Shown here: positions 27,403-41,065 of the stretch, in pieces | How the letters are laid out: every line of letters starts with the position of its first letter | How positions within the stretch are numbered: position 1 is the first letter of the stretch | NCBI GenBank assembly: GCA_051362555.1 | Contig: CM120640.1 | Span: 67,682,788 to 67,746,787, forward strand | DNA length: 64,000 bases | Reading direction: 5' to 3' | From: Lingula anatina | Lineage: Eukaryota > Animalia > Brachiopoda | Notes under the pieces: model-generated | Seen by the model: only the letters and a program-made list of their open reading frames with translations | Told to the model about the DNA's origin: nothing | Database searches by the model: none | Position numbers and translations under genes: made by a program

Positions 27403-27641
27403 TGGCACTATTCAGAATGAGAAGAGCTGAGTGCTAGCAGGTCCATGGCCTAAATATGGCGGACCCACATGAAAGGAAGACCACTTAATCCTGTAATGGT
27501 CTCTCTACCTCTTTCACGCCTCCCCTCGCATCTTCCCTGCAGGGGCACAGTAATTAAATCTCATCTCAATTCGACCAGTCGAGGGAATATTTAGGCCATG
27601 GACCAACTAGCACTCTGCTCTTCTCATTCTAAATGGTCCCT
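27403..27641. mobile_element. MITE with ~55-bp TIRs (Harbinger-like)
   Basis: AGAATGAGAAGAGC(T/A)GAGTGCTAG..GGTCCATGGCCTAAATAT inverted at both ends. Confidence 0.75.
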
Positions 27642-27818
27642 GTGTATTACATACTGTAGTTGTTTTTAATTTTTCTGACCAAGGTGACTTTAACAGTGCT
27701 GCTCAAAATCGTTGTCATACCCTTGAAGATATGGGCTTTTAATAATCTTACAGTCTTTTTAAACTCTACATATGTTGATATTTTGGCTGCTTTCTTCCTC
27801 ACAGTAAGCACTGATCAT

Positions 27819-30728
27819 TGTACCACCAGCGTAGGCGCTGGCGGTACACATGGTTTTAGTCCCGACCCGTATGTTCCGCCGGCTCCTGCGGCTCCGCCGG
27901 CTCCTGCGGCTCCGCCGCCAAGTCACCGTTACCGCTTCTCCTCCTAGACTACTAGGGCCTGCGTACCCATCTCTTGGATTTAGGTCACCTATAATCTCAA
28001 CTCGTTCCACGTAAAATTTGGGCTTTGTCGGTATTGGGGTCTTGGTGTGGCACTCATTGCAATGCACCCTTGTCCAAAAATGGCAAAATTAAATGCTAAT
28101 TATCTACCCTACGGAAGGAATTATGGGAAAAATTTCTACAGATGGCTTTCCAAAAGTCATATGTGTAGATTTCAAATATGCCCTTGGATTTGACCTTTGA
28201 CCTTTATTTCAAGGTCAAACGGGCCAAAATTTTCAAAAAAACGGAATTTTTTACGAAAAAAAATTTTTTTGCGCTGTTATTCAGACACTACACAGACTTA
28301 ACCAATAATATTATTGGAAAGTATTACCCTTTGGGTCATCTTTCATCTCTGTGAATTTGGGGTCAATCGGTGCATTTTCACGGGAGTAGCGGCCATAAGA
28401 TACCGAAACTGAAAACTGTCTCTAATTCGGGAACCGTTAGCGCTAGAGACCCATTCTTTTTTGCATTTTGTAGAGCATATAAAGCCCAATACTGAAAGTG
28501 GTCTCCGTTTTTTTGTATTTCGAGTTACGCTGTATCAAAAAGTACCTATTGGTGGTGAAAGCAAAATGTGCAGTACGGTAATGGATAATAAATTTTGAAC
28601 TCCCGAAAAATAAAACATAAGGCTTGGCGAGGCAGACAACCTGTGGTCAAAAATGACATTATTTCATCGAATTCGAACATCTGGAACTTCAGAGCACCTC
28701 CCATTTCAAGAATTTTGACCAAAATGATCTTTTCTTTATTTTAATTAATTTTTTCTGTACGAAATTTATGGCACATTATTGTAACTGCAAAATTATAACA
28801 TTTAGTCCCTTATATCTCCAAAACTGGCAGAGATAGGTCCATGGTTACTATTGAACTTGAATAGGAAATCACATACTGGCAATCTAAGTGTGACCTTGAA
28901 ATTGACCTTTGACCTACTTTTCATCATGAATTGAACTTTGCAAATTTTGGTTCCCTTTTATCTCCAAAACTGGCAGAGAAAGGTCCATAGTTACTATTGA
29001 ACTTGAATAGGAAGTCATATACTGGCAATCTAAATGTGACCTTGAAATTGACCTTTGACCTACTTTACACCATAAACTGAACTTTGCAAATTTTGTTCCC
29101 TTTTATCTCCAAAACTGGCAAAGATAGGTCTATGGTTACTATTGAACTTGAATAGGAAGTCATATACTGGCAATCAAAATGTGACCTTGAAATTGACCTT
29201 TGACCTACTTTTTATCATGAATTGAACTTTGCAAATTTTGGTTCCCTTTTATCTCCAAAACTAGCAGAGATAGGTCCATAGTTACTATTAAACTTGAATA
29301 GGAAGTCATATACTGGCAATCTTAATGTGACCTTGAAATTGACCTTTGACCTACTTTACACCATAAACTGAACTTTGCAAATTTTTAATGCTTTTATTTT
29401 AAAAACTGGCAGAGATACGCCCATAGTTACTATTGAATTTGAATAGAAAGTCATACGAGGCAATTTACTGTGACCTTAAAATTGACCTTTGACCTACTTT
29501 TAACCATGAACTGAAGTTTGCAAATTTTGTTCCCTTTTATCTCCAAAACTAGCAGAGATAGGTCCATAGTTACTATTGAACTTGAATAGGAAGTCATATA
29601 CTGGCAATATAAATGTGACCTTGAAATTGACTTTGACCTACTTTACACCATAAACTGAACTTTGCAACTTTTTAATGCTTTTATTTTCAAGACTGGTAGA
29701 GATATGCCATAGTTACTATTGAATTTGAATAGAAAGTCATACGAGGCAATCTAAGTGTGACCTTGAAATTGACCTTTGACCTACTTTTCATCATGATATG
29801 AAGTTTACAAATTTTGGTTCCCTTTTATCTCGAAAACTGGCAGAGATAGGTCCATAGTTACTATTGAACTTGAATAGGACGTCATATACTGGCAATCCAA
29901 ATGTGACCTTGAAATTGACCTTTGACCTACTTCACACCATAAACTGAACTTTGCCACTTTTTAATGCTTTTATTTTCAAAACTGGCAGAGATACGCCCAT
30001 AGTTACTATTGAATTTGAATAGAAAGTCAAACGAGGCAATTTACTGTGACCTTAAAATTGACCTTTGACCTACTTTTTACCATGAACTGAAGTTTGCAAA
30101 TTTTGTTCCCTTTTATCTCCAAAACTAGCAGAGATAGGTCCATAGTTACTATTGAATTTGAATAGGAAGTCATATACTGGCAATCTAAATGTGACCTTAA
30201 AATTGACCTTTAACCTACTTTTAACCATGAACTTAACTTTGCAAATTTTGGTTCCCTTTTATTTCCAAAACTGATAAGATACGCCCATGGTTACTATTGA
30301 ATTTGAATAGGAAGTCATATACTGGCAATCTAAGTGTGACCTTGAAATTTACGTTTGACCTACTTTTTATCATGAATTGAAGTTTACAAATTTTGGTTCC
30401 CTTTTAACTCCAAAACTGGCAGAGATAGATCCATAGTTGCTATTGAACTTGAATAGGAAGTCATATACTGCAAATTTACTGTGACCTTGAAATTGACCTT
30501 TGACCTACCTTACTATGAACTGAACTTTGATTGTACCATTTTTAGTTATTTATATATTTTTTTTGCATATTTTGAGAATTCTTGTTGATTGCATTTTTTA
30601 CAGCTTGTCAAGCACAAGACTGGTGGTGGTGTCCCTTTTTGTGTGTGTGGGGGGGTCTATACGATCGCGCTTACCCCAGCTGGTGGTACAATATTCGGAG
30701 GCGGTATCACCTCTCTGATCCTCTAGTT
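27819..30728 (+). mobile_element. HINE family 1, subfamily B, complete, longest array (~12 monomers)
   Basis: Same termini as 15277 copy; array ~28810-30530. Confidence 0.88.
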
Positions 30729-30749
30729 TGACATTACCTAGGTTGCATA

Positions 30750-31015
30750 TTTGTCAGCAGCCTTTGACACAAACCACGAGATTTTGTTCAATAGACCAAT
30801 TGTTTCAATCAGTTGTTTCGGTATAGATGGTATTGCATTGGCATGGTTCAAATCATAACTGTCTATCAACACCACTAGCTTGTGGTGTACCATAAGGCTC
30901 TGTACTTTGCCCCATCTTGTTCACTCTTGACGCGTCACCAATTGAGGACATTGTCTCTAAGCACTGTTTTAACCTAATGCTATATGCAGATGACTCACAA
31001 ATTTATATTGTTTGC
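30750..31015 (+). pseudogene. Degenerate non-LTR (L2/CR1-group) reverse transcriptase fragment
   Basis: LSAAFDT..H, GIDGIALAWFKS*, CGVP*GSVLCPILFTL, LYADDSQIY with stops and deletions. Confidence 0.85.
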
Positions 31016-31212
31016 AACAGGCCATCAGATGTTAGCTGTGTAGCTAGGGTAAAATGAAGTGTACTTCTTTTATGCATGTAGATTGTGGGGGCCGTAGGCT
31101 ACATGTCAGCTGCCAAAGGCAGCCGTGGGGTGTAGGGGTGGGGGTTTAGAGGTCCTTTTGAAAATGACGACACGTAGAGCCCTTTTAAAAAATCTAGCTA
31201 GAAATGGTTTAT

Positions 31213-32505
31213 TGTACCACCAGCGTTAGCGCTGGCGGTACACATGGTTTTAGTCCCGTCCGGATCGTTCCGCCGGCTCCTGCGGCTCCGCCGGACGGCT
31301 ACCGTTACCGCTTCTCCTTCTAGACGGTAAGGGCCCCCGAACCCATCTCTTGGATTTAGGTCACCTATAATCTCAACTCGTTCCACGTAAAATTTGGGCT
31401 TTGTCGGTATTGGGGTCTTGGTGTGGCACTCATTACAATGCACCCTTGTCTAAAAATGGCAAAATTAAATGCTAATTATCTACCCTACGGAAGGAATTAT
31501 GGGAAAAATTTCTACAGACGGCTTTCTAAAAGTCATATGTGTAGATTTCAAATATGCCATTGGATTTGACCTTTGACCTTTATTTCAAGGTCAAAATGGC
31601 CAAAATTTTCAAAAAAATGAATTTTTTTACGAAAAAAAAAAAAATTTGCCCTGTTATTCAGACACCACACAGACGTAACCAATAATATTATTGGAAAGTG
31701 TTACCCTTCAGGTCATCATTCATCTCCGTGAATTTGGGGTCAATCGGTGCATTTTCACAAGTTTAGCGGCCATAAGATACCGAAACTGAAAACTGTCTCT
31801 AATTCGGGAACCGTTAATGCTAGAGACCCATTCTTTTTTGCATTTTGTAGAGCATGTAAAGCCCAACACTGATAGTGGTCTCGGTTTTTTTGTATTCCAT
31901 ACTGTTTTCGAGTTACGCTGTATCAAAAAGTACATATTGGTGGTGAAAGCAAAATGTGCAGTACGGTAATGGATAATAAATTTTGAACTCCGGAAAAATA
32001 AAACATAAGGCTTGGCAAAGCAGATAACTTGTGTTCAAAAATGACATTATTTCATCAAATTTGAACTTCTGGAACTTTAGAGCACCTCCCATTTCAAGAA
32101 TTTTGACCAAAATGACCTTTTTTTAATTTTAATTAATTTTTTCTGTAGGAAATTTATGGCACATTATGGTAACCCCAAAATTATAACATTTAGTCCCTTA
32201 TATCTCCAAAACTGGCAGAGATAGGTCCATAGTTACTATTGAACTTGAATAGGAATTCATATACTGGCAATCTAAATGTGACCTTGAAATTGACCTTTGA
32301 CCTACTTTTTACCATGAATTGAACTTTGCAAATTTTGCTTCCCTTTTATCTCCATAACTGGCAGAGATAGGTCCATAGTTTCAATTGAACTTGAATATGA
32401 AGTCATATACTGGCAATCTAAATGTGACCTTGAAATTGACCTTTGACCTACTTTTCACCATGAACTGAACTTTGCAAATTTTGCTTCCCTTTTATCTCCA
32501 AAACT
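31213..32505 (+). mobile_element. HINE family 1, subfamily B, 3'-truncated
   Basis: 5' hairpin, core, nested MITE, 2 monomers, then abrupt break. Confidence 0.85.
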
Positions 32506-34869
32506 GATTAAAATTGTAAGACAAAATCTTCTTACCATATGAGTAAAAAATATGAAAAAAAAATTGGGGGTCCCCACGCTCGTTTTCGAGAGGAGGCGTT
32601 CCGAAAAACGCTACGTTTATTACATTGCGTTGTATGGGGATTTTGCCAAAATGCCCTTAATTTTGCTGAAAAATGCAAAAATAAAAAATTCTGCCCTAGC
32701 GATTTTAATTTTATGTGGATATGTTATAGATCTTGGTAGATCTCAAAGAAATTTACAAAAAAATATGTACCACACCACGCTTGTTTTTGAGCCAGGGCTG
32801 CTTGAACATCGATTTTTTATCAAATTTATATAGGAATCAATGGAAATTTCCAAGCAAATTTAAATAAATATGTTTTGTATCGTGGGTTTTTTAACCCATA
32901 CGCTTATTTTGCTTCCATGAAAATTATATTTATACTTCTCTGCATCAGCTAACCAAATTTCATAAAGTCTGCTTATCCTATTCATAAAAAATAGATATTC
33001 AAATGTTGAAAGTATCAGTTGGATTTTAGTATGCCTCATGGAATGCCGCCATATTGGATTTTTCATAGGCTGGACCTACAAGCACATGTGTCAATCTCTT
33101 GTGACTTTTATCTTCCTATTCTTTTTTCTTACTGGTTTATACATTTTTAACATTGAGATAGCTGGATAAATTGTTTGCTTTGTATATTTTAATATACATT
33201 GTTTAAACAATGTATCAATTTCTTACTACTGGTACGTTACATGTAGCCATATTTCTTGACAAACGTGCTTTGGAAACTAGGTGGCAAAAAGTTAGAATAT
33301 TCATCTAAAGACATCTTTTGGTTATCAGTTTATTTCGATTTCATATTATATTTACAACATGAAATCAAACAAATATATATATAATAAATATACATACTTA
33401 TTTAAAATGTAGGCATTAACGACATCCTACATTCATTTTTCTTATTACTTTATACATTTTGTTACTCTTATTTGTGTTTAGATTAATCTCACATAGAAGA
33501 CAATAAAGACCATCTAGACCTCTTTGAAATGACATGTGCAAATGAAATAAAAATCAAATAACAGAGATCTTCCTGGGTCAAAATCTAGCTGGGCCATTTT
33601 TAAAAAATGTGTGCCATGAATTTTTTTGTGATAATTCTTTATGTTTCAATATCCTTTTTTATTCTAATTTTAATCATATTAAGATTAAAAACACTAAAAA
33701 ATGGCTTGGTGCTCCTTCTCTTTTCGCACGGCCAAGGATTATGAGATCAAAGGATTTTCTGCTCTTTATTATTGCATACATCAACTAAATTTTTTGACTC
33801 AAGACAACATTATAATACAACATTTGAATAATTTCTGTTAAGTAATTTACAAACTAAATTGTTAATGATTGGGTTAATTTGGATAAAGTTGGAATAAAGT
33901 ATAATTTTACTTCTAAAATATACTGTTTATTTTCCCAGCATAAAGAAGTATTACATGTATTTGCATAAAAAAAAACCTTGGTCCGCTGTTGTGTGTTTTA
34001 GGTTTTGTCCATTTGCACTTTAACAAAACCATTACAAGAATGACATCGCAACATGCTGGATGGGTGCACACCTATTGCATCTTTTCAGGAGAGCTAAAAA
34101 TCGCACTGTTTACATGTCATATTGTTCAATAACATACTTAAATCAACAACAAAATGCCATGAGTCTAATTCAGGGGCGGATTTAGGCCGTCTTCTGGGTC
34201 TTCCGGAAGACGGTCAGATTTTCAAGTTTACATTGACGGGTATCTAATTTTTTCTGTCGGAAGACGGTCAAAAAATAGAGGATGGATCAACAAAATATAA
34301 TATGGAAGACCGTCAGAAAATATCTCTGGATCCGCCCCTGTAATTATTTTAACTAATTGTGAGAGAAAAGAGAATTGTTTTCAGCATACAAATCACCGCA
34401 AACTGGGTGATCGGAAACCAATGCTGAAGAAGACTATGTCTTGCTGCACACATCGTAACCATATGACAAATCTTAGCAATACACTTTGTGTTCAAAATGC
34501 AAGCCCCTGTGAATGTTTTCTGTGAGATAAGATCATGTCACTGCTATACAAGCCTTACTAAAACGCTCCTTTTCAATCTCTTCTTCGCGTAATTGCGTAC
34601 ACTGCGGCATTTGTAAACAAAGTCGCAAGTGGGTACTTTACGTCGTAAAAGACCAAGCGTTCACTGAATACGCAGTGCATTGTTGACATATTGACAAATT
34701 CGTAGCGATTCGACCAAAATAACATCAAATATTTCATACAGATTTCTTAAAAGAATGAATTACGTATTTTATTGCATGTTATATTTTCATAATTAGCCGC
34801 TATCGCAAAATACTACTCATGCACGAAATCTGCGCAGATCGCAAAAAAAGCTAATATGAGAGAACGTCC
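32506..34869. mobile_element. Probable Kolobok-like fragment, one end visible
   Basis: Ends GAGAGAACGTCC|TTAA at the TTAA that is uninterrupted at 37151; other end not found. Confidence 0.4.
34171..34340. mobile_element. 170-bp hAT-like MITE, best-preserved copy
   Basis: CAGGGGCGGAT...ATCCGCCCCTG with TAATT on both flanks. Confidence 0.8.
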
Positions 34870-35321
34870 TTAACCCTTCAAACTAACTGGGTGGCATGGG
34901 CAATTTTTACAAAATTTACAAACAATTAAACTTACATATTTTACAAACTAACAGGGTGGCATGGGCAATTTTTACAAAATTTACAAACAATTAAACTTAC
35001 ATATTTTACAATTTTATCCTTTAATATAATTTTTGGAGGCATGCGCCCACATGTAAGCTGGGTGATGTCATATAAAGTTCAACCTAGAGAAGCCGACCAT
35101 GGAGTGGATATCATGAAGTGGATAACAAGAAGGCGTCATAATGGTACAACGATCTGAGCGTTCAGTTTTTCAGATTATTTTTTGAAAACTCAGGATAAAT
35201 ACAGCAAACCCCATCAAACAGCAGTACCGCACCGTTTTCAGAAATTAGCTTGATACAAGCAGGCACAATCTATATAAGAGGCCAAAGTTTGTGTCAGTAA
35301 GCCCCTATTTAAATAAATATA

Positions 35322-38300
35322 CGGTAATGTGCCATGAATTTCGAACAGTAGAAAATAATTAAATTTGGGAAAAGATCGTTCTGTCCGAAATTCATGAAAT
35401 GGAGGTGCTCAGAACTTCTGAAAGTTCGAATTTCATGGAATTCTGTCAATTTTGACCGGAAGTTGTCTGTTCGTCGCTAAGCCTTCTGTTATCTTCTCCC
35501 GACGATCTATTTAGATTTACCATAATTTACCATAATGAGTGTCGTTAATTGCGACCAAAGGTATACACGTACTTTCACCCGATCACTGTGTATGGCCCAT
35601 AGATAGAGCGGTACTGTTGTCTAGGGCCGCAAAACAGCATCGTTATCAGTAGTGTCGTTTTTCAAAAGCGATTCTGGCAGCCAGAAACTAGTGTCGTTTT
35701 TCAAAAACGATCCTGGCTCTCAGAAAGGGAGTGGACGGAGGGAGAGACGGTCAACGATTAGCGTCTGCCACGGCCAGATAACCTTTACTAAGGAAGCTTA
35801 GTGTTACCGTTGCTCCTTTCCGTGCACTGAAACCGAGACGACAGCCGATCAGTGTCTATGGCGCATGTGCAGGTAGCCTTCATCTGCGATAAGTGTCTTC
35901 CGCGACCAGGTTCGTTGCCTTTACCGTTAAAGTCGGGCAGAGCTTTACGCGCGAATGCGTCCTCATCTCGCCGTTCGCGGGTTGGTGTCTCCGACGCATA
36001 CGTAGCCTTCCCTGCAGAAGCCGGCCTCGGCACTACGGCCTCTCCTCCGTGCGGGGAGGCCACTACGACCGCAGATCGGTACGTGCGGCGCACAGGTAGC
36101 CTTCGCCACGGCAGCCGAACTGTGTATTACGGTCTCTCTCCGTCGTGCGCTGCGACCAAGATGACCGCTGATTGTTGTCTGTGATCAAATATACTAGGTT
36201 TTTTTTTTTTTGGGGGGGGGGGGGGGGGTGCAGGGCCGTTTTTTTTTCGCTCAGACAACCCAATCTTAACCAGCAGCAGCAACTGATTTCCTGGCGCATA
36301 GTTGCGTCAACGTACGCATTTGAAAAGTGTGTACGTTTTGTCATTGAAACCATCTTCAAACAAACGCGAGAGATAGGTAATCTAGAGTAAACCGAAAAGG
36401 CAGTTTTTATATTCGTTCAAGGGACTGGAAGATCGTCAATGGGAGATAGTGAGCGATCTGAGCGCGACAATAAGCCAATTTCCACACTAGTTCAAGGGAC
36501 TTCGTTACTATATTCGTCAGCAAGAGATCGTCAGCGATCCGAGCAAGCATAGAAGCTTGGACTTTTTGTCCATGCTAAAAGGCAATTTTCATGTAGTCAG
36601 CAGGATATGGTTTGCTGGTTTGCGACAGGGGCGTAACCATGCATACGCACGGATACACTGTGCGTATATAATTTTTTGGCAAACCATGATATTATTCTCT
36701 ATAAATCTAGTGTACTTTTCAAGGAATATTATCGAAAATCCCCTTCGATTATAAGTTAACGTCACCTGAATGTACAAATTCTCTGTATAATTTATATATG
36801 CACCATCGTCTGACACCCTTCTCGTTTGCTTTCACAGAACTGAGGTAAACAATACTCCTTACCATCTGAAGTCCGATCTTAATCGTCCATCTAGCTGGAA
36901 CTTGCTTTACCTCTTAATTAGAGGGTAAAGTGCCCTTCAGCTCACAGGTAGCTTTTGTCTTGAGTGTATCGAACGCGATATTTATCTCAGATAAAAATCT
37001 ACGTGTGTGTTATTTTCAAAGAGCTGCTCCAGCAGACCTGGGGGCACTAGATAAATCTGATCATCGGGCTAAACAAGGAGCCAGAGAAACAAAGGAAGAT
37101 TGATTTTTCCTGCAAAGTTTCAAAGAATTTTGACACGGACTTGATCCAGCTTAACCCTCCAAACTAACTGGGTGGCTGGCATGGGCAATTTTTACAAAAT
37201 TTACAAACAATTAAACTTAGATATATTACAATTTTATCCTTTAATATAATTTTGGGAGGCATGCACCCGCATGTAAGCTGGGTGATGTCAGTACAGTAAG
37301 CCCCTAGTTAAATAAATATACCCTTATGAGCAAGGGTTTTCCCAGCGAACTGTCCAGCCGTCATTTGGACGGCCGCTGACGGCCTACATGTATATTTTCA
37401 AAGACGGCTAGACGGCTTGCGACTTTTTTTTAATGACGTCTTGGCTTGTCGGGACAGCCGTGGACGTTGTAAGACATTTTCTTAGAGTAATTTGACGTAC
37501 CTAGCTTTTATGATGCGTCACAGATGAATGGTACTACTTTGTAGTGTACGCTGATATCCAGTCACGACAAAACTACTTCCTAAAGCTTACAAAACACAAT
37601 AAAATGTTTCTATGAACTTTAAGATACACATTCCACGCCGTATGCAGCAGTGACAAGAGTGACCTTCATGCGGTACAAAACACTAAGCAAACTACAGGCC
37701 AATTTGTGAAAGGGAACACCTTCCGGACATTCATACGCACGGCAACTGACAAAGCTGATTGACAAAAAGGAAAATTTCCAATTTTCAGCGAGAGATCGTT
37801 TGCAATCCGAGAGAGACCAGGAGGCAATTTTCATATTTGTTAAAGAGACTTCGTAAGCCAAAGGGCGAGACAAGAACGCAATTTTCGTATCGTCAGCGGG
37901 AGATCGTTGGCAATCTGAGCAAAACGAGAAAGCTCATACTCGTTCAGTGGCTTTCGTTTGCGGAAGATCGTCAGCCGGAGATCGTTCTCGATTGTTTTTA
38001 ACACTCCCTCCCGATTGGAATTTATAATTTTTAAAAATATTTTTCATTTCATTTGTACATTTCAAGTGACTTCATTAGCGGAAGATCGTCGGCGGGAGAT
38101 CGTGAACGATCTGAGCGAGACAAGAAAGCAATAATGGTAATCTTTATTGCAGCTCTTAATATTGCTCTTTTGTTCTGTTACTGAAGTCTCTACTGTTAAC
38201 AATGCTATTGTGCGCCTCAGCAAAACTACCGATCGCTATCTCACACCGAATACTGCGGTAAAGAAACAACAGCCCGACAGTACAACTCTTAATAGATTCT

Positions 38301-38614
38301 CCTGTTATCTGAATGAATGGATATGACGATGTTGTTTAGCATCCTAAACTAACTGTACCGATCGTTATCTTGCACCTTGGGCCACACACGTAGTACTCAG
38401 GTAAAGGTATGCTAGGGCAACATTGCCGACTGTTAGATCTTTATGAGCGCGAAAATAGCCCGGTGGCCGATTTTAGGGTGTATGAAATTCCCGAAATCAA
38501 GATCGCGCAAAATTGCTTACTGGCCGAAATTCATGGTCCAGAAAAAACTCCAGACGGCCGATTTTTAGATCGTTCGAAATTTAAGAGCCGTTCAAAATTC
38601 ATGGCACATTACCG
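35322..38614. mobile_element. 3.3-kb TIR element with CpG-rich interior and nested MITEs
   Basis: TIRs CGGTAATGTGCCATGAATTTCGAAC / GTTCAAAATTCATGGCACATTACCG; TA (or ATAT) flanks. Confidence 0.68.
36626..37290. mobile_element. Partial inverted copy of the 24933-25868 MITE
   Basis: CAGGGGCGTAACCATGCATACGCACGGAT is the reverse complement of ~25838-25868; colinear to ~25240. Confidence 0.75.
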
Positions 38615-38751
38615 TATATATATCTCTTTATATTTTTTCTGTGGAAGCAAAAAATACAAACTGAGCCTAGCGATAAATGTTTAATAATGTTATTAAACTG
38701 CAATTTCATTGATTCATGAGATTTATTTGTGTATTATAACATTGGTTCATT

Positions 38752-40790
38752 AGTACCACTAGCGTGTACGATGGCAGTACTTATGGTTTTAGTCCCGACC
38801 AGTCTCGTACAGCTCCGCCGGCTCCTGAGGCTCCGCCGGCTACGCAGTCGGGCGCCGGAAACAAGTCACCGTTACCGCTTCTCCTCCTAGCCTGCAAGGA
38901 CCTGTGTCTCCATCTCTTGGATTTAGGTCACATATAATCTCAACTTGAACCTGTTTTTTTTGTCTCTGTCGGTACATTGGCCTGGGCGTGACGCTTGTTG
39001 AAACGCACCCTTGTCAAAATGCCAAAATTCAATGCTAAATATATCCCAAACCGAAGGAATTATGGGAAAAATTACTACAGAAGTCTGACCGAAAGTCATA
39101 TGTGGAGATTCCAAATATGCCCTTGGATGTGACTTTTGACCTTTATTTCAAGGTCAGACAGGCCAAAATTTACTAAAAATGGGAATTTTCTGCAAAAAAA
39201 ATATTTGTTTGTGCCAATTTTTGGAAACTACACAGACTTAAGCTCTCCTATTATAGTGAGGAGTTACAATTAGGGACTCCTTTCATCTTTGGGAGTTTGG
39301 GGTCAATCGGTGCATTTTCAAGGGAGAAGCAGCCATTACATATCAAAATTGAAAACTCGCTCTAATTCTGGAACGGTAAATGCTAGAGACCTCTTGTTTA
39401 TTGAATTTTGTAGAACTTGTCAAGTGCAATACTGGAAGTGATGTCCGTTTTTTTTTTGTTTTCGATATGGTTTAGGCGTGGCGCTTTATCAAAAATTACA
39501 ACATCGCAATATTTAGTGGGGAAAATAAAAAGTGAAATACGCCCATACACCCCATTTCCATAGATTAGATCGACCTACTGTAGATCGACCTAACTCCCTG
39601 GGGGTTCACGCTAAATAGCTGTCAGCCGGGCGGACACGAAAGTTAATTACCCCCTTGCAGCTTGTAGTAGGTGGGATGGACATTTAAGTCGGATTATCTG
39701 AAAGTAATCTAGTGAGACTCCCCACGGGGATAGATCGATCTAAAATCTATGGGAATAGAGCCATAGTTACTGTTGAACTTGAATAGGAAGTCTTATACTG
39801 GTAATCTATCTGTGACCTTGAAATTGACCTTTGACCTACTTTTCACCTTAAACTGAAATTTGCTACTTTTTTAATGCTTATACTTTCAAAACTGGCAAAG
39901 ATACGCCCATAGTTACTATTGAATTTGAATAGAAAGTCATTAGAGGCAATTTACTGTGACTTTGAAATTGACCTTTGACCTACTTTTCATCTTGATTTGA
40001 ACTTTGCAAATTTTTGTTCCCTTTTATTTCCAAAACTGGCTGAGATAGGTCCATAGTTACTATTGCACTTGAATAGGAAGTCATATACTGGCAATCTAAG
40101 TGTGACCTTGAAATTGACCTTTGACCTACTTTTTATCATGAACTGAACTCTGCTAATTTATTTCCCTTTTAACTCCAAACCTGGCAGAGATAGGTCCATA
40201 GTTACTATTGAAGTTGAATAGGAAGTTATATACTGGTAATCTAAGTGTGACCTTGAAATTGACCTTTGACCTACTTTTCATCCTGATTTGAACTTTGCAA
40301 ATTTTTGTTCCCTTTTATCTCCAAAACTGGCAAAGATACGTCCAAAGTTACTATTGCACTTGAATAGGAAGTCATATACTGGCAATCTAAGTGTGACCTT
40401 GAAATTGACCTTTGACCTACTTTTCATCATGAATTGAACTTTGTAAAATTTGGTTTCCTTTTATCTCCAAAACTGGCAGAGATAGGTCCATAGTTACTAT
40501 TGAACTTGAATAGGAAGTCATATACTGGCAATTTACTGTGACCTTTAAATTGACCTTTGACCTACTTTTTATGATGAACTGAATTTTGATTGTACTATTT
40601 TTGGTTATATATATATTTTTTGCTTATTTTGAGAATTCTAGAATTCTTGTTGATTGCTTTTTATAGAGCTTGTCAAGCATAAGACTGGTGGTGGTGTCTC
40701 TTTTTTTTGGGGGGGGGTCCATATGAATGCGCTTGCTCCTGCTGGTGGTACTATATCCGGAGGTGGTATCGCCTCTCTGATCCTCTAGTT
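38752..40790 (+). mobile_element. HINE family 1, complete, with ~200-bp foldback MITE at ~39550-39760
   Basis: Subfamily-A 5' half, ~6 monomers, 3' hairpin and CTAGTT; insert bounded by CCATAGATT/AATCTATGG. Confidence 0.85.
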
Positions 40791-41065
40791 TATTAAGACA
40801 TCGCAACCAAAAGGTTGAAGTTATACATAAAATGAATAGTAGTAAGAATAAAAGAGTAAGAATAAAATTTACAAATTAAAATATTGATATATAATATAGG
40901 ATATGCGCATAGAACTTAATGAGATTAAAAAAAAGGATAAAGTAAAATAAATAAATAAAATAAATTTTTGCACAGGAATCTGAAAGTTAGTGTAAAAGAG
41001 GATGGAGTAATGTAAATTAAATACAATAAAGGCCAAAATAAGTTTCAAAAGTAAAACTCAGACCA

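Noticed and set aside
31040-31200. Possible small MITE bounded by TAGCTAG/CTAGCTA
   Set aside because: Inverted ends too short and no second copy in the window.
35788-36359. Overlapping ORFs in the GC-rich block
   Set aside because: Expected from stop-codon scarcity; no recognisable homology or consistent exon chain.
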